64,000 nt of DNA from assembly GCA_963768055.1 (NCBI GenBank), contig CAVYGN010000002.1:1408001-1472000 (forward strand), in the 5' to 3' direction. The notes beneath the pieces were generated by a model, which worked only from the letters and a program-made list of their open reading frames with translations, made no database searches and had not been told where the DNA came from. This DNA comes from an uncultured Spirochaetota bacterium. Its GTDB lineage: Bacteria > Spirochaetota > Brevinematia > Brevinematales > JAOACQ01. Shown piece by piece: positions 9,132-18,095 of the stretch (position 1 is its first letter; the number at the start of each line of letters is the position of its first letter). Position numbers and translations under genes: made by a program.

Positions 9132-10162
9132 AAATACTCGGCATAGAAACGTCATGTGACGAAACTTCTGCGGCCGTCGTTCTCGACGGACTGACCATAC
9201 TATCGAATGTTGTTTATTCCCAGGTTGAAATCCATAAAGCCTATGACGGCGTAGTGCCGGAGATAGCATCAAGGAACCATATTATCAAAATACTCGAGGT
9301 ACTCGACGGGGCGTTAAAGGATATACCGCTCAAGGATATTGACGCGATTGCGGTCACTAACGGGCCCGGGCTTATAGGAAGCCTTCTTGTGGGCTTATCG
9401 GCCGCTAAGGGAATTGCCTTTTCACTTTCTAAACCTGTTATACCGGTTAATCATATCGAAGCCCATATGTATGCGCCCCATCTTTTTAATAATATCGACT
9501 TTCCCTATATCGGGCTTGTGGCTTCCGGCGGCCATACACTCCTGTACCTTGTGAATGGTTTTAACGCTCTCGAGCTTATCGGTACGACTATCGATGACGC
9601 CGTAGGGGAAGCGTACGATAAAGTGGCAAAACTGCTGGGCCTGGGTTATCCCGGAGGACCGGTTATCGATTCCCTCGCGAGGGCGGGAAATCCGGAGTTC
9701 GATGAATTCTCCGACATGCCCAGGATCCTGCCGGATACTGAAAAGGACAGGTATAATTTCAGCTACAGCGGGCTTAAAACCGCCATTGCTTACAGGCTTA
9801 AAAGGATTGAAAACTTAAAAGGGTTTAACCTGGAAGATGTGAAAAAAGATATAGCGGCGGTTTTTCAGAAAACTGCTATAGAATTACTCTGCCGGAAGGC
9901 TAAAAACGCCCTCAGGGATTTTAATATTCAGAGGCTGTCTGTTTCGGGCGGTGTCGCGGCCAATTCGCTTTTAAGGGAGGAGCTTATTAAACTGAAAAAC
10001 GAGGGGATCGAGGTTTATACCGCCCCTGTCGAATACTGCTCCGATAACGCGGCCATGGTTGCGGGGAGGGGCTACCGGGATTATATGGCCGGCAGGACCG
10101 GTGATTTGAGGACCGAGGCCTTCTCGAGGCTGCCGGCGGTTAAAAAGGGCAAACGCCTGTAA
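9128..10162 (+). CDS. tsaD: tRNA N6-adenosine threonylcarbamoyltransferase
   Basis: LGIETSCDETS, GVVPEIASR.H, GPGL.GSL, NHIEAH, SGGHT, DDAVGEAYDKVAK and DNAAMV motifs. Confidence 0.97.
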   Translation: MKILGIETSCDETSAAVVLDGLTILSNVVYSQVEIHKAYDGVVPEIASRNHIIKILEVLDGALKDIPLKDIDAIAVTNGPGLIGSLLVGLSAAKGIAFSLSKPVIPVNHIEAHMYAPHLFNNIDFPYIGLVASGGHTLLYLVNGFNALELIGTTIDDAVGEAYDKVAKLLGLGYPGGPVIDSLARAGNPEFDEFSDMPRILPDTEKDRYNFSYSGLKTAIAYRLKRIENLKGFNLEDVKKDIAAVFQKTAIELLCRKAKNALRDFNIQRLSVSGGVAANSLLREELIKLKNEGIEVYTAPVEYCSDNAAMVAGRGYRDYMAGRTGDLRTEAFSRLPAVKKGKRL

Positions 10163-10168
10163 AAAAAT

Positions 10169-10198
10169 TTGACTTTTTTGATCCGGAATGTTTAAAAT
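10169..10198 (+). promoter_or_regulatory. Sigma70-type promoter for the kdp operon
   Basis: TTGACT-N18-TAAAAT. Confidence 0.55.
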
Positions 10199-10210
10199 TA
10201 AAGTAAATAG

Positions 10211-10293
10211 TTTTACGGGCCCGGAAGCCGGATTATGATGTCAAACGTGCCATAGAAAAACTTCTCTTAGTGCCGGTTGGTATTCCTGTAAAA
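10211..10293 (+). promoter_or_regulatory. Candidate structured 5' leader RNA of the kdp operon
   Basis: Nested complementarity: TTTTACGGG(10211-19)/CCTGTAAAA(10285-93) and AGCCGGATTA(10226-35)/TAGTGCCGGTT(10268-78). Confidence 0.45.
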
Positions 10294-10359
10294 AGATAAA
10301 ATAAATTTACAAGAATATCATGAAATAAATCATCCATGAGGATAAGAGGAGGTCTCGGT

Positions 10360-12063
10360 ATGGCGGGCGACATTATTTTTGCTATTATATTTTTTGCAGT
10401 CATGGTAATTCTGGCGATTTTTGTCGGTAAATTCATGGCCAGGGTTTTCGAAGGCGGGAGGACTTTCCTATCGCCTGTCTTTTCACCTCTTGAAAAATCG
10501 ATTTACAGGATTTGCGGTATCGATCCCTCCGAGGAAATGGGCTGGAAAAGGTACGCGCTCGCTCTTGTATGGTTTAATTTAGCCGGTTTTTTACTTCTTT
10601 TCATAATCCAGCTCGCACAGGGATTACTTCCCTTCAACCCCCAGAAATTCGGGCCTGTCCGCTGGGACACGGCTCTGAATACGGCGATCTCCTTCATGAC
10701 GAACACAAACTGGCAGGCTTACGCGGGAGAAAGCACTCTGAGCTACTTTACCCAGATGGCGGGCCTTACAGTTCAAAATTTTGTTTCCGCTGCTACGGGT
10801 TTCGGAGCTATGCTTGCGCTTTTCCGGGGTTTTACGCGCAAGAACGCGGATAATATAGGGAATTTCTGGGTCGATATGACCAGGACAGTCCTATATGTCC
10901 TTATTCCCCTGTCGATAATCTGGGCTTTAATACTGGCCTCCCAGGGAGTCATACAAACATTAGGCGGCTATGTTAATGCATTGCCCCTTCAGGGGCACCA
11001 GCAGATGATCGCGATGGGGCCGGTCGCGTCCCAGGAAGCCATCAAGATGCTGGGATCGAACGGGGGCGGTTTTTTCAATGTCAACTCGGCCCACCCATTT
11101 GAGAATCCGAACTGGTTTACTAATTTTCTCGAGGACCTGGCAATTGTCCTTCTCCCCGCGGCTTTTCCCTTTACAATGGGTTACATGTTCAAAAGCCGGA
11201 GAAAAGGGGCCGCCATGTTCATGGCGATGTTCGTCCTTCTGATCGCCGGGCTTATATTTTCGGTTTATACAGAGTATAAGGGCAGTCCTATTTTAAAAAC
11301 AGCCGGGATAGTCCATGGGGTCAATATGGAGGGCAAGGAAACCCGCTTCGGCGTATTCGCCTCCGTGTTATGGGGGGTAACGACCACGGCCGTAGCTAAC
11401 GGGTCGGTCAATGCGATGCATGACAGTTTCCTGCCTCTTACAGCCCTGGTCCCGATGTTCAACATGCTTATCGGAGAGGTGATTTTCGGCGGAGTAGGTG
11501 TGGGGATAATCGGAATGCTGTTCTACGCATTTATGACCATGTTCCTGGCCGGGCTGATGATAGGGCGGACGCCCGAGATATATAATAAGAAGCTTGAAGT
11601 ACGCGAGATGGTATGGACGCTGGTCGGGATAATTACCGGCCCTCTCTGCGCACTTATTTTTACGGCAATAGCCTGCGTCCTTCCCGGCGGCCTTTCAAGT
11701 CTTAACAACGGCGGGCCTCATGGGTTTTCCGAAATACTTTACGCCTTCGCTTCCGCTCATGGGAATAACGGTTCGGCCTTCGCCGGGCTTAACGCCAATA
11801 CCGTATTTTACAACCTTATGACCGGCGCAGCCATGCTGATCGGTCGCACGGCGACGATAATTCCGGCGCTTGCAATTGCCGGGTCGCTGGCGAAAAAGAA
11901 ATACATACCGGACACTTCAGCCACATTTCAGACATCGACGCCTCTTTATGTCATAATGCTGGTATCGGTCGTGGTGATTTTCGGCGGACTGACATTTTTC
12001 ATACCGTTCGTGATCGGCCCCGTACTTGACCATATTTTCATGAACGCATGGCAATTGTATTAA
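10360..12063 (+). CDS. kdpA: K+-transporting ATPase subunit A
   Basis: SFMTNTNWQAY.GE, GSNGGGFF..NSAHPFENP, GKETRFG and NNGSAFAGL motifs; start placed after RBS GAGGAGG. Confidence 0.97.
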   Translation: MAGDIIFAIIFFAVMVILAIFVGKFMARVFEGGRTFLSPVFSPLEKSIYRICGIDPSEEMGWKRYALALVWFNLAGFLLLFIIQLAQGLLPFNPQKFGPVRWDTALNTAISFMTNTNWQAYAGESTLSYFTQMAGLTVQNFVSAATGFGAMLALFRGFTRKNADNIGNFWVDMTRTVLYVLIPLSIIWALILASQGVIQTLGGYVNALPLQGHQQMIAMGPVASQEAIKMLGSNGGGFFNVNSAHPFENPNWFTNFLEDLAIVLLPAAFPFTMGYMFKSRRKGAAMFMAMFVLLIAGLIFSVYTEYKGSPILKTAGIVHGVNMEGKETRFGVFASVLWGVTTTAVANGSVNAMHDSFLPLTALVPMFNMLIGEVIFGGVGVGIIGMLFYAFMTMFLAGLMIGRTPEIYNKKLEVREMVWTLVGIITGPLCALIFTAIACVLPGGLSSLNNGGPHGFSEILYAFASAHGNNGSAFAGLNANTVFYNLMTGAAMLIGRTATIIPALAIAGSLAKKKYIPDTSATFQTSTPLYVIMLVSVVVIFGGLTFFIPFVIGPVLDHIFMNAWQLY

Positions 12064-12075
12064 CGGAGGAAGAAT

Positions 12076-14136
12076 ATGACAAGCGATAAAATGAAGAAAA
12101 TAGACTGGAAGCCTGTACTGCTTGACGCGTTAAAGGAATCGTTCGTAAGGCTCAACCCTTACCTCATGCTGAGGAATATAGTCATGTTCGTCGTGGAATT
12201 AGGTGCTATAGTTACAACCATCATTACTATAGTCAATATTATAAATAGCCAGCCTTATTCATTTAACCTCAATATCAGCCTGTGGCTGTGGTTTACAGTG
12301 GTCTTTTCAAACTTCGCCGAGGCTGTCGCGGAAAGCCGGGGAAAGGCGCAGACAGAGGCCCTTAAAAGCACCCGGAGCACGCTTACAGCCGGCAAGGTTG
12401 CCGAAAAATCCACAATCGACAATCCCGGGGAAATAACGGAAGTTCCGGCGCTAAATCTGAAGAAGGGCGATTATATCCTTATCAGGAAGGGCGAACTTAT
12501 AGCCGGTGACGGCGAGATAGTACAGGGCACGGCCCTTGTGGATGAATCGGCTATTACCGGCGAATCGGCCCCCGTTATAAGGGAATCGGGCGGGGACAGG
12601 AGCGGCGTCACGGGCGGCACGCGTATTATCGAAGGGACCCTGAAAGTGGAAATTACCACCAACCCCGGGGAAAGTTTCCTGGACACGATGATCTCGATGG
12701 TGGAAAGCGCTAAAAGGCAAAAAACGCCTAACGAGATAGCCCTTGAAATCCTTCTTATAGCTCTTACGATACTTTTCATAGTTGTAGTCGGAACTTTGAT
12801 CCCTTATGATAAATATACCGGGGTCACCGGGGTTTACGTGGGCATTCCGGTTTTAATCTCTCTGCTCGTTTGTCTTATGCCTACAACAATCGGGGCGCTG
12901 CTCCCGGCTATAGGTATCGCCGGCATGGACAGGCTTATTGAAAAAAATGTTATTGCGTTTTCAGGCCGGGCGGTGGAAGCGTCGGGGGATGTAAGCATAG
13001 TTCTCCTTGATAAAACAGGAACAATAACCCTTGGGAACCGTATGGCCAAAAAATTCATACCCGCCGACGGCGTTTCAATGGAAGAACTTGCCAGGAAAGC
13101 CCTTTACGCCTCCCTGGCTGATGAAACGCCGGAAGGGAGAAGCATATTAGGCCTTGCAAAAGAAACCCTCAATATAAGAGGCAGGGATATTACCGACTAT
13201 GACCACTATAAATTCATCCCCTTTACTCCCGAGAGCAGGATGAGCGGTGTGGATATGAACGGCGTCCAGGTCTGGAAGGGTTCGTTTGAAGCAATTGAAG
13301 AGCATATAACATCCAGGGGCGGAAAAGTACCCGGCGAGGTCAAAGCAAGCGTGAGGTCCATATCGGAAAAGGGAGGCACCCCGCTGGTCGTTGCCGAGGA
13401 AAAGAGGGTCCTCGGAGTCATCCGGCTTACAGACATACTGAAGGTCGGGATCAGCGAGAGGCTCACGCACCTTCGTAAAATGGGCATCAAATCCGTTATG
13501 ATCACAGGCGACAACCAGCTGACCGCTGCATCGATAGCTGCCGAAGCGGGTATCGACGATTTTGTGGCCCAGGCCAGGCCCGAGGCGAAGCTTGAATTGA
13601 TACGCAAATACCAGGCCGAGGGTTACCTCGTGGCTATGATCGGCGACGGAACGAACGACGCCCCGGCGCTTGCCCAGGCTGATGTTGCCGTTGCGATGAA
13701 CGCGGGCACCCAGGTGGCCAGGGAGGCGTCCAACATGATCGACCTCGATTCGAACCCCACCAAACTCCTCGATATCGTCGAAATAGGCAAGGAAATCCTG
13801 ATAACTAGGGGAGCCATGACCACTTTCAGTATTGCCAACGACGTATCCAAATACTTCGCAATCGTACCGGCAATGTTCATGGTCGCTTTCCCGGCGCTCG
13901 GGTTTTTGAATATAATGCAATTATCAACTCCTTTATCTGCCGTGCTTTCTGCCGTCATTTTCAACGCTATAATTATTCCTATGCTGATCCCGCTTTCGCT
14001 TCGGGGAGTTAAATATAAAACCCAGTCTCCCGCGTCGCTTCTGGCAAGAAATCTTTTGATTTATGGTCTTGGCGGCGTGATACTGCCTTTCCCCGGGATC
14101 AAGCTCATCGACATGATCCTGAATTTGTTTAAATAG
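12076..14136 (+). CDS. kdpB: K+-transporting ATPase subunit B (P-type)
   Basis: [14 protein letters not shown] phosphorylation site, ADETPEGRS and [10 protein letters not shown] motifs. Confidence 0.98.
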   Translation: MTSDKMKKIDWKPVLLDALKESFVRLNPYLMLRNIVMFVVELGAIVTTIITIVNIINSQPYSFNLNISLWLWFTVVFSNFAEAVAESRGKAQTEALKSTRSTLTAGKVAEKSTIDNPGEITEVPALNLKKGDYILIRKGELIAGDGEIVQGTALVDESAITGESAPVIRESGGDRSGVTGGTRIIEGTLKVEITTNPGESFLDTMISMVESAKRQKTPNEIALEILLIALTILFIVVVGTLIPYDKYTGVTGVYVGIPVLISLLVCLMPTTIGALLPAIGIAGMDRLIEKNVIAFSGRAVEASGDVSIVLLDKTGTITLGNRMAKKFIPADGVSMEELARKALYASLADETPEGRSILGLAKETLNIRGRDITDYDHYKFIPFTPESRMSGVDMNGVQVWKGSFEAIEEHITSRGGKVPGEVKASVRSISEKGGTPLVVAEEKRVLGVIRLTDILKVGISERLTHLRKMGIKSVMITGDNQLTAASIAAEAGIDDFVAQARPEAKLELIRKYQAEGYLVAMIGDGTNDAPALAQADVAVAMNAGTQVAREASNMIDLDSNPTKLLDIVEIGKEILITRGAMTTFSIANDVSKYFAIVPAMFMVAFPALGFLNIMQLSTPLSAVLSAVIFNAIIIPMLIPLSLRGVKYKTQSPASLLARNLLIYGLGGVILPFPGIKLIDMILNLFK

Positions 14137-14145
14137 GAGAATAAT

Positions 14146-14709
14146 ATGAAATTATTGATACAGTCCGTTCTCATGCTGGTAGTATTTACCGCCCTTACAG
14201 GTTTTTTCTATCCCCTGTTCATAACCCTTGTCGCTCAGACGGCGTTCAATCGCCAGGCAAACGGGAGCCTTGTGATGGTAAACGGTAAAATTATCGGGTC
14301 CGAACTTATCGGCCAGCCGGTTACCAATGATGCATATTTTACAGGGAGGCCGTCTGAGTGCGATTATGACGCGACTAATTCGGGCGCGTATAATTACGGC
14401 CCGGCCAGTTCAAACCTTATTGTTATGGTTAACGCCCGGATATCGGACGCTATGAATAAATACGGCCTCGCCCCGGGCACTGCCATCCCTTCCGATATGG
14501 TGACGGCTTCAGCCAGCGGCCTGGACCCTGACATAAGCATAGAAAATGCTGCGATCCAGGCAAAAAAGATATCCGCGTTAAGGCATATCCCCATCGAAAA
14601 GATTATGATGATCATCTCCAATACAATGGATTCAAGGGTGATGGATTTCTGGGGGATAGATAAAGTGAATGTACTTAAATTAAACCTCGCCCTGGGTGGA
14701 TTGAAATAA
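14146..14709 (+). CDS. kdpC: K+-transporting ATPase subunit C
   Basis: QANGSL, GSELIGQ, YF.GRPS, VTASASGLDP.IS and VNVL.LN.AL motifs. Confidence 0.95.
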   Translation: MKLLIQSVLMLVVFTALTGFFYPLFITLVAQTAFNRQANGSLVMVNGKIIGSELIGQPVTNDAYFTGRPSECDYDATNSGAYNYGPASSNLIVMVNARISDAMNKYGLAPGTAIPSDMVTASASGLDPDISIENAAIQAKKISALRHIPIEKIMMIISNTMDSRVMDFWGIDKVNVLKLNLALGGLK

Positions 14710-14736
14710 CTTAGTTACGATTTTGGAGGCGGCATT

Positions 14737-16755
14737 ATGCCCGAACAGAGAAGGCTCGATCCTGAAACAATTCTGAAAAGAATGAAAATGGAAGAAGCCG
14801 ACGAGAGCGATAATAGCGGAATATTAAAAATTTATCTGGGGTATTCGGCGGGAGTCGGCAAGACTTACAGGATGCTGTTAAACGCCCAGAATTTGAAAAA
14901 AAACGGCGTCGATGCAGTCGTGGGAATAGCGGAAACCCATGGCAGGGTCGATACGGACGCGCTTTTAAACGGACTCGAAATAGTGCCGAGGAAAAAAGTT
15001 GTGTACCAGGGCATAACCGTTGACGAATTCGATATAGACGCAGTTTTAAAAAGAAGGCCCGGGCTTGTCCTGGTCGATGAACTCGCCCACACCAACATTC
15101 CAGGCTCCAGGCATAACAAAAGGTACGAAGATATCGAAGAGCTCATAAATAACGGGATCAATGTGGCGACAACGCTTAATGTCCAGCACCTGGAGAGCAT
15201 AAACGATATAATCGAACAAATGACCGGTGTGAATGTTAAAGAAACGGTCCCCGACAACTTTTTCGACAAGGCTGATGAAATAGAACTCGTGGATATCCCG
15301 ATAGAAGAGCTTGAAACAAGGCTAAAGGAGGGGAAGGTTTATATACCGGAAAAGGCCAGGATCGCTATGCTGGAATTCTTCAAGAGAAGCAACCTCATGG
15401 GCCTCAGGGAATTGTCGCTGCGTTATACGGCACGGCAGGTCAGCGATGAATTGCTCGATTATATGAGGCAGAACGCCATTAAAAGCCCGATTCCCGTAGG
15501 GTCCAGGATACTTGTCGCGATAAGCCCGAGCCTGTCGTCTCAGAAGCTTATAAGGATCGGCCACAGGATGTCGGAGGACCTGGATGCGGAATGGTTCACT
15601 GTGCATGTAGAATCGGTTCAATTCGGGAATCTGGAAGAGCTGCAGCGGACTCAAGTTTCTAAAAATTTAAAACTGGCGGAAGACCTCGGCGCGAAAACCG
15701 TAACTCTGATCGCGGACAGGGTAGCAGATGAACTGGCCTCCTTTGCCAAGGAAAACCATATAACCCTGATACTTATCGGGTTTTCTTCAAGGTCCCGGTT
15801 TGATAATTTTATCCGGGGTTCTGTAGTCGACGAACTTATCAGGAAAGCGAGGCCTGTTCAGGTAATGCTTGTGGATACGTCGCCCGAACCGCGCCGGAAG
15901 GTTAAAAAAACCGAGGGTGTTAAAGTACTTGAATGGACTAAATATCTGGCTTCGGCGTCAGTCATTATAGCATTTACCCTGCTCTCATATCTATTTTTCA
16001 AAATACTTGGTTTTACAAATATCATAATGATAATGCTCATTCCCGTTCTCCTGGTCAGCTATTTCGGCGGCAGGAGCCAGGGAATCTGGGCTTCCCTTCT
16101 TGCGGTAATAGCCTTGGATTTTTTCTTCGTAAAACCCTATTACAGCTTTGCAATCAGCGATATTTTGTATTTGCCTATTTTTATCATATTCTTTGTAGTC
16201 GGCGTTACGACAAGCGTCCTTTCCGACCTTGTAAGATGGCGGATCGACCGCTACAGGAGGCAGGAAAAATTCCTTAACACGATTTACAACTTCAGCAAGG
16301 AACTGCTGACCCATAATTTCCTTAACGAAATACTGGGTTCGATAACAAACAATTTCGGAGATTTTTTTAAATGCGATGTTATGGCGCTCCTTCCGGGAAA
16401 GGAGGATACTGTTAAAATAATGGCGAGCACGGAAAGGAGCATGAAATTCGGGGAGAACGAGATAGGAATCTCTCAATGGGTTTATAAAAACGGCAAGACG
16501 GCCGGGAAGGGGACCGATACGCTTTCTTCATCCCCGTGGTATTACATCCCCATGTCGGCAAATAATTCGGTAATCGGTGTCATTGCGGTTTACAAGCGGG
16601 GCGGGGGGGGCGATTCATTCACAAAGGAAGAAATCGCTTACCTGGATTCCTTTGCCAATATAGCGGCCATGTCGGTTTCGAGGGCGCTGTCTATGAGTTC
16701 CTACATGGATTACGTGATCAAGAGCCTGGAAACGACGAAAACCGAAGGGGAATAA
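14737..16755 (+). CDS. kdpD: KdpD-like sensor lacking the histidine-kinase transmitter (KdpD-N, Usp, 4TM, GAF)
   Basis: GYSAGVGKTY, LVDELAHTN, TTLNVQHLES, Usp region, DUF4118-like TMs (ALDFFFV.PY), and a GAF segment. It stops about 20 aa after the GAF with no SHxLRTPL H-box or HATPase. Confidence 0.9.
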   Translation: MPEQRRLDPETILKRMKMEEADESDNSGILKIYLGYSAGVGKTYRMLLNAQNLKKNGVDAVVGIAETHGRVDTDALLNGLEIVPRKKVVYQGITVDEFDIDAVLKRRPGLVLVDELAHTNIPGSRHNKRYEDIEELINNGINVATTLNVQHLESINDIIEQMTGVNVKETVPDNFFDKADEIELVDIPIEELETRLKEGKVYIPEKARIAMLEFFKRSNLMGLRELSLRYTARQVSDELLDYMRQNAIKSPIPVGSRILVAISPSLSSQKLIRIGHRMSEDLDAEWFTVHVESVQFGNLEELQRTQVSKNLKLAEDLGAKTVTLIADRVADELASFAKENHITLILIGFSSRSRFDNFIRGSVVDELIRKARPVQVMLVDTSPEPRRKVKKTEGVKVLEWTKYLASASVIIAFTLLSYLFFKILGFTNIIMIMLIPVLLVSYFGGRSQGIWASLLAVIALDFFFVKPYYSFAISDILYLPIFIIFFVVGVTTSVLSDLVRWRIDRYRRQEKFLNTIYNFSKELLTHNFLNEILGSITNNFGDFFKCDVMALLPGKEDTVKIMASTERSMKFGENEIGISQWVYKNGKTAGKGTDTLSSSPWYYIPMSANNSVIGVIAVYKRGGGGDSFTKEEIAYLDSFANIAAMSVSRALSMSSYMDYVIKSLETTKTEGE

Positions 16756-16793
16756 GAGACTCGCCTACTTAGGAAGATTTCTCTCCGCTCCTT

Positions 16794-17621
16794 TTAGGGG
16801 CGGGATAAACATTTCATTCGAAATGACACGTATAGTTTATAAAGCTTCACCCATCCGGGCGGATCTATGTCCTGGGGCCTTAAAGAAGGATCAAGGCCCA
16901 GGGCTTCTATTCCGGCAATCGAGAATCCCATCAGTTTTAAATTGTTGTACAGGGTTTTCCTTCGGGCCAGGAATCCCTTTCTCAAAAACTTGTTGAAATC
17001 GTCCTGGGGTATTTTGAATCCCTTTTTTTCCATCCGGATTACTATGGAATCCACTGAAGGTTCGGGATAAAAGCTTTTTCTGACGACAGTGAAAAGTTTT
17101 TTAATATCGAGATAAAGGCAGCATAAGATTGCAAAAGGGCCGTACGAGGCTGAGGAAACGTCCGCGGCCATCCTCCGGACCATTTCATCCTGCAGCATGC
17201 AGAGGCCCTGAGAGAATTTTACGCTGCCGACGAATTTCCTGACAATCTCCCCTGCTATTGAATACGGGGTGTTGGAAACGAAAAAAAGCCTGTTCTCTTT
17301 TATCGCTCCAAGGTCGTATTTCAGAAAATCGCCGTTGATTAGAACGAGGTTATCGTTGGAAAGATATGCTTTTAAAAGATCGTATATACCGCCGTCCAAT
17401 TCTATCGAATAGGTTTTGAATTGCCTGACCATCAAATGGGTAAGGGCTCCGAGCCCGCTCCCCGCCTCAAGGACAACCGAATTATCCGGAATATGAGAAA
17501 TTAATTTCTCGGCTATATTTTTATCTGTGAGGTAATTCTGCCCTCTCCTGCTTGAAAGCCATAAGTTATTATGCCGTAAGGCAGACCTTAAAAACTGGAC
17601 TGAAAACGGATTGTATGTCAT
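16794..17621 (-). CDS. rsmA: 16S rRNA m6,2A dimethyltransferase
   Basis: GQNYL, LEAGSGLGALT, IELD, SNTPY, FYPEPSVDS and RRKTL.NNL motifs. Confidence 0.92.
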   Translation of the reverse strand: MTYNPFSVQFLRSALRHNNLWLSSRRGQNYLTDKNIAEKLISHIPDNSVVLEAGSGLGALTHLMVRQFKTYSIELDGGIYDLLKAYLSNDNLVLINGDFLKYDLGAIKENRLFFVSNTPYSIAGEIVRKFVGSVKFSQGLCMLQDEMVRRMAADVSSASYGPFAILCCLYLDIKKLFTVVRKSFYPEPSVDSIVIRMEKKGFKIPQDDFNKFLRKGFLARRKTLYNNLKLMGFSIAGIEALGLDPSLRPQDIDPPGWVKLYKLYVSFRMKCLSRP

Positions 17622-17685
17622 AGTAAAGTATAAGTCAAATTGCTTAAAGTTTAAAGCAATATGATAAAAACACCCGGAGAATCAA

Positions 17686-18063
17686 TTGAATATAGAGATT
17701 GATAGTGTAAAAATAGGTAAAAGGGTCAGAAAAGATATCGGGGATTTGACAAATCTTAAAGCCAGCATACAAAAATACGGTCTGATAAACCCTATAGTGG
17801 TTTCCCCTCTTTATGAACTGATCAGCGGTTTCAGGAGGATCACAGCGGCTAAGGAACTGGGATGGAAGTATATTGAAGCGAGGGTGATGGAACCTGGCGG
17901 CGGGCTTGATTTTCTTGAGATGGAAATGCATGAAAATATAGTCAGGAAGGATTTCACGGTTGATGAACTTCGAGAAGGACTTGCTAAAAAAAAGAAACTA
18001 TTGAACCCGAATATATTCAAGAGGATCTGGGATTTTATTAAAAGGCTGATTGGTTTAAGGTAA
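17686..18063 (+). CDS. Short ParB N-terminal (ParBc) domain protein
   Basis: L.ASI.KYGLINPIVV...LISGFRR..A, EN..R.D; TTG start; no HTH domain. Confidence 0.8.
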   Translation: MNIEIDSVKIGKRVRKDIGDLTNLKASIQKYGLINPIVVSPLYELISGFRRITAAKELGWKYIEARVMEPGGGLDFLEMEMHENIVRKDFTVDELREGLAKKKKLLNPNIFKRIWDFIKRLIGLR

Positions 18064-18095
18064 CTTGATTAATCGCCGTATGGAGTCAGTTCAGG

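Noticed and set aside
10200..10360. kdpF small gene or ydaO c-di-AMP riboswitch
   Set aside because: No hydrophobic ~30-aa ORF ending in PE(K/R)F, and no GCUGAA.../CAGCUAAC-type ydaO motifs.
13147..13920. 257-aa antisense ORF
   Set aside because: Shadow of kdpB on the opposite strand; no independent motifs.
15492..15502. CCCGTAGGG motif inside kdpD
   Set aside because: In-frame coding sequence (IPVG) without flanking family features; likely chance.
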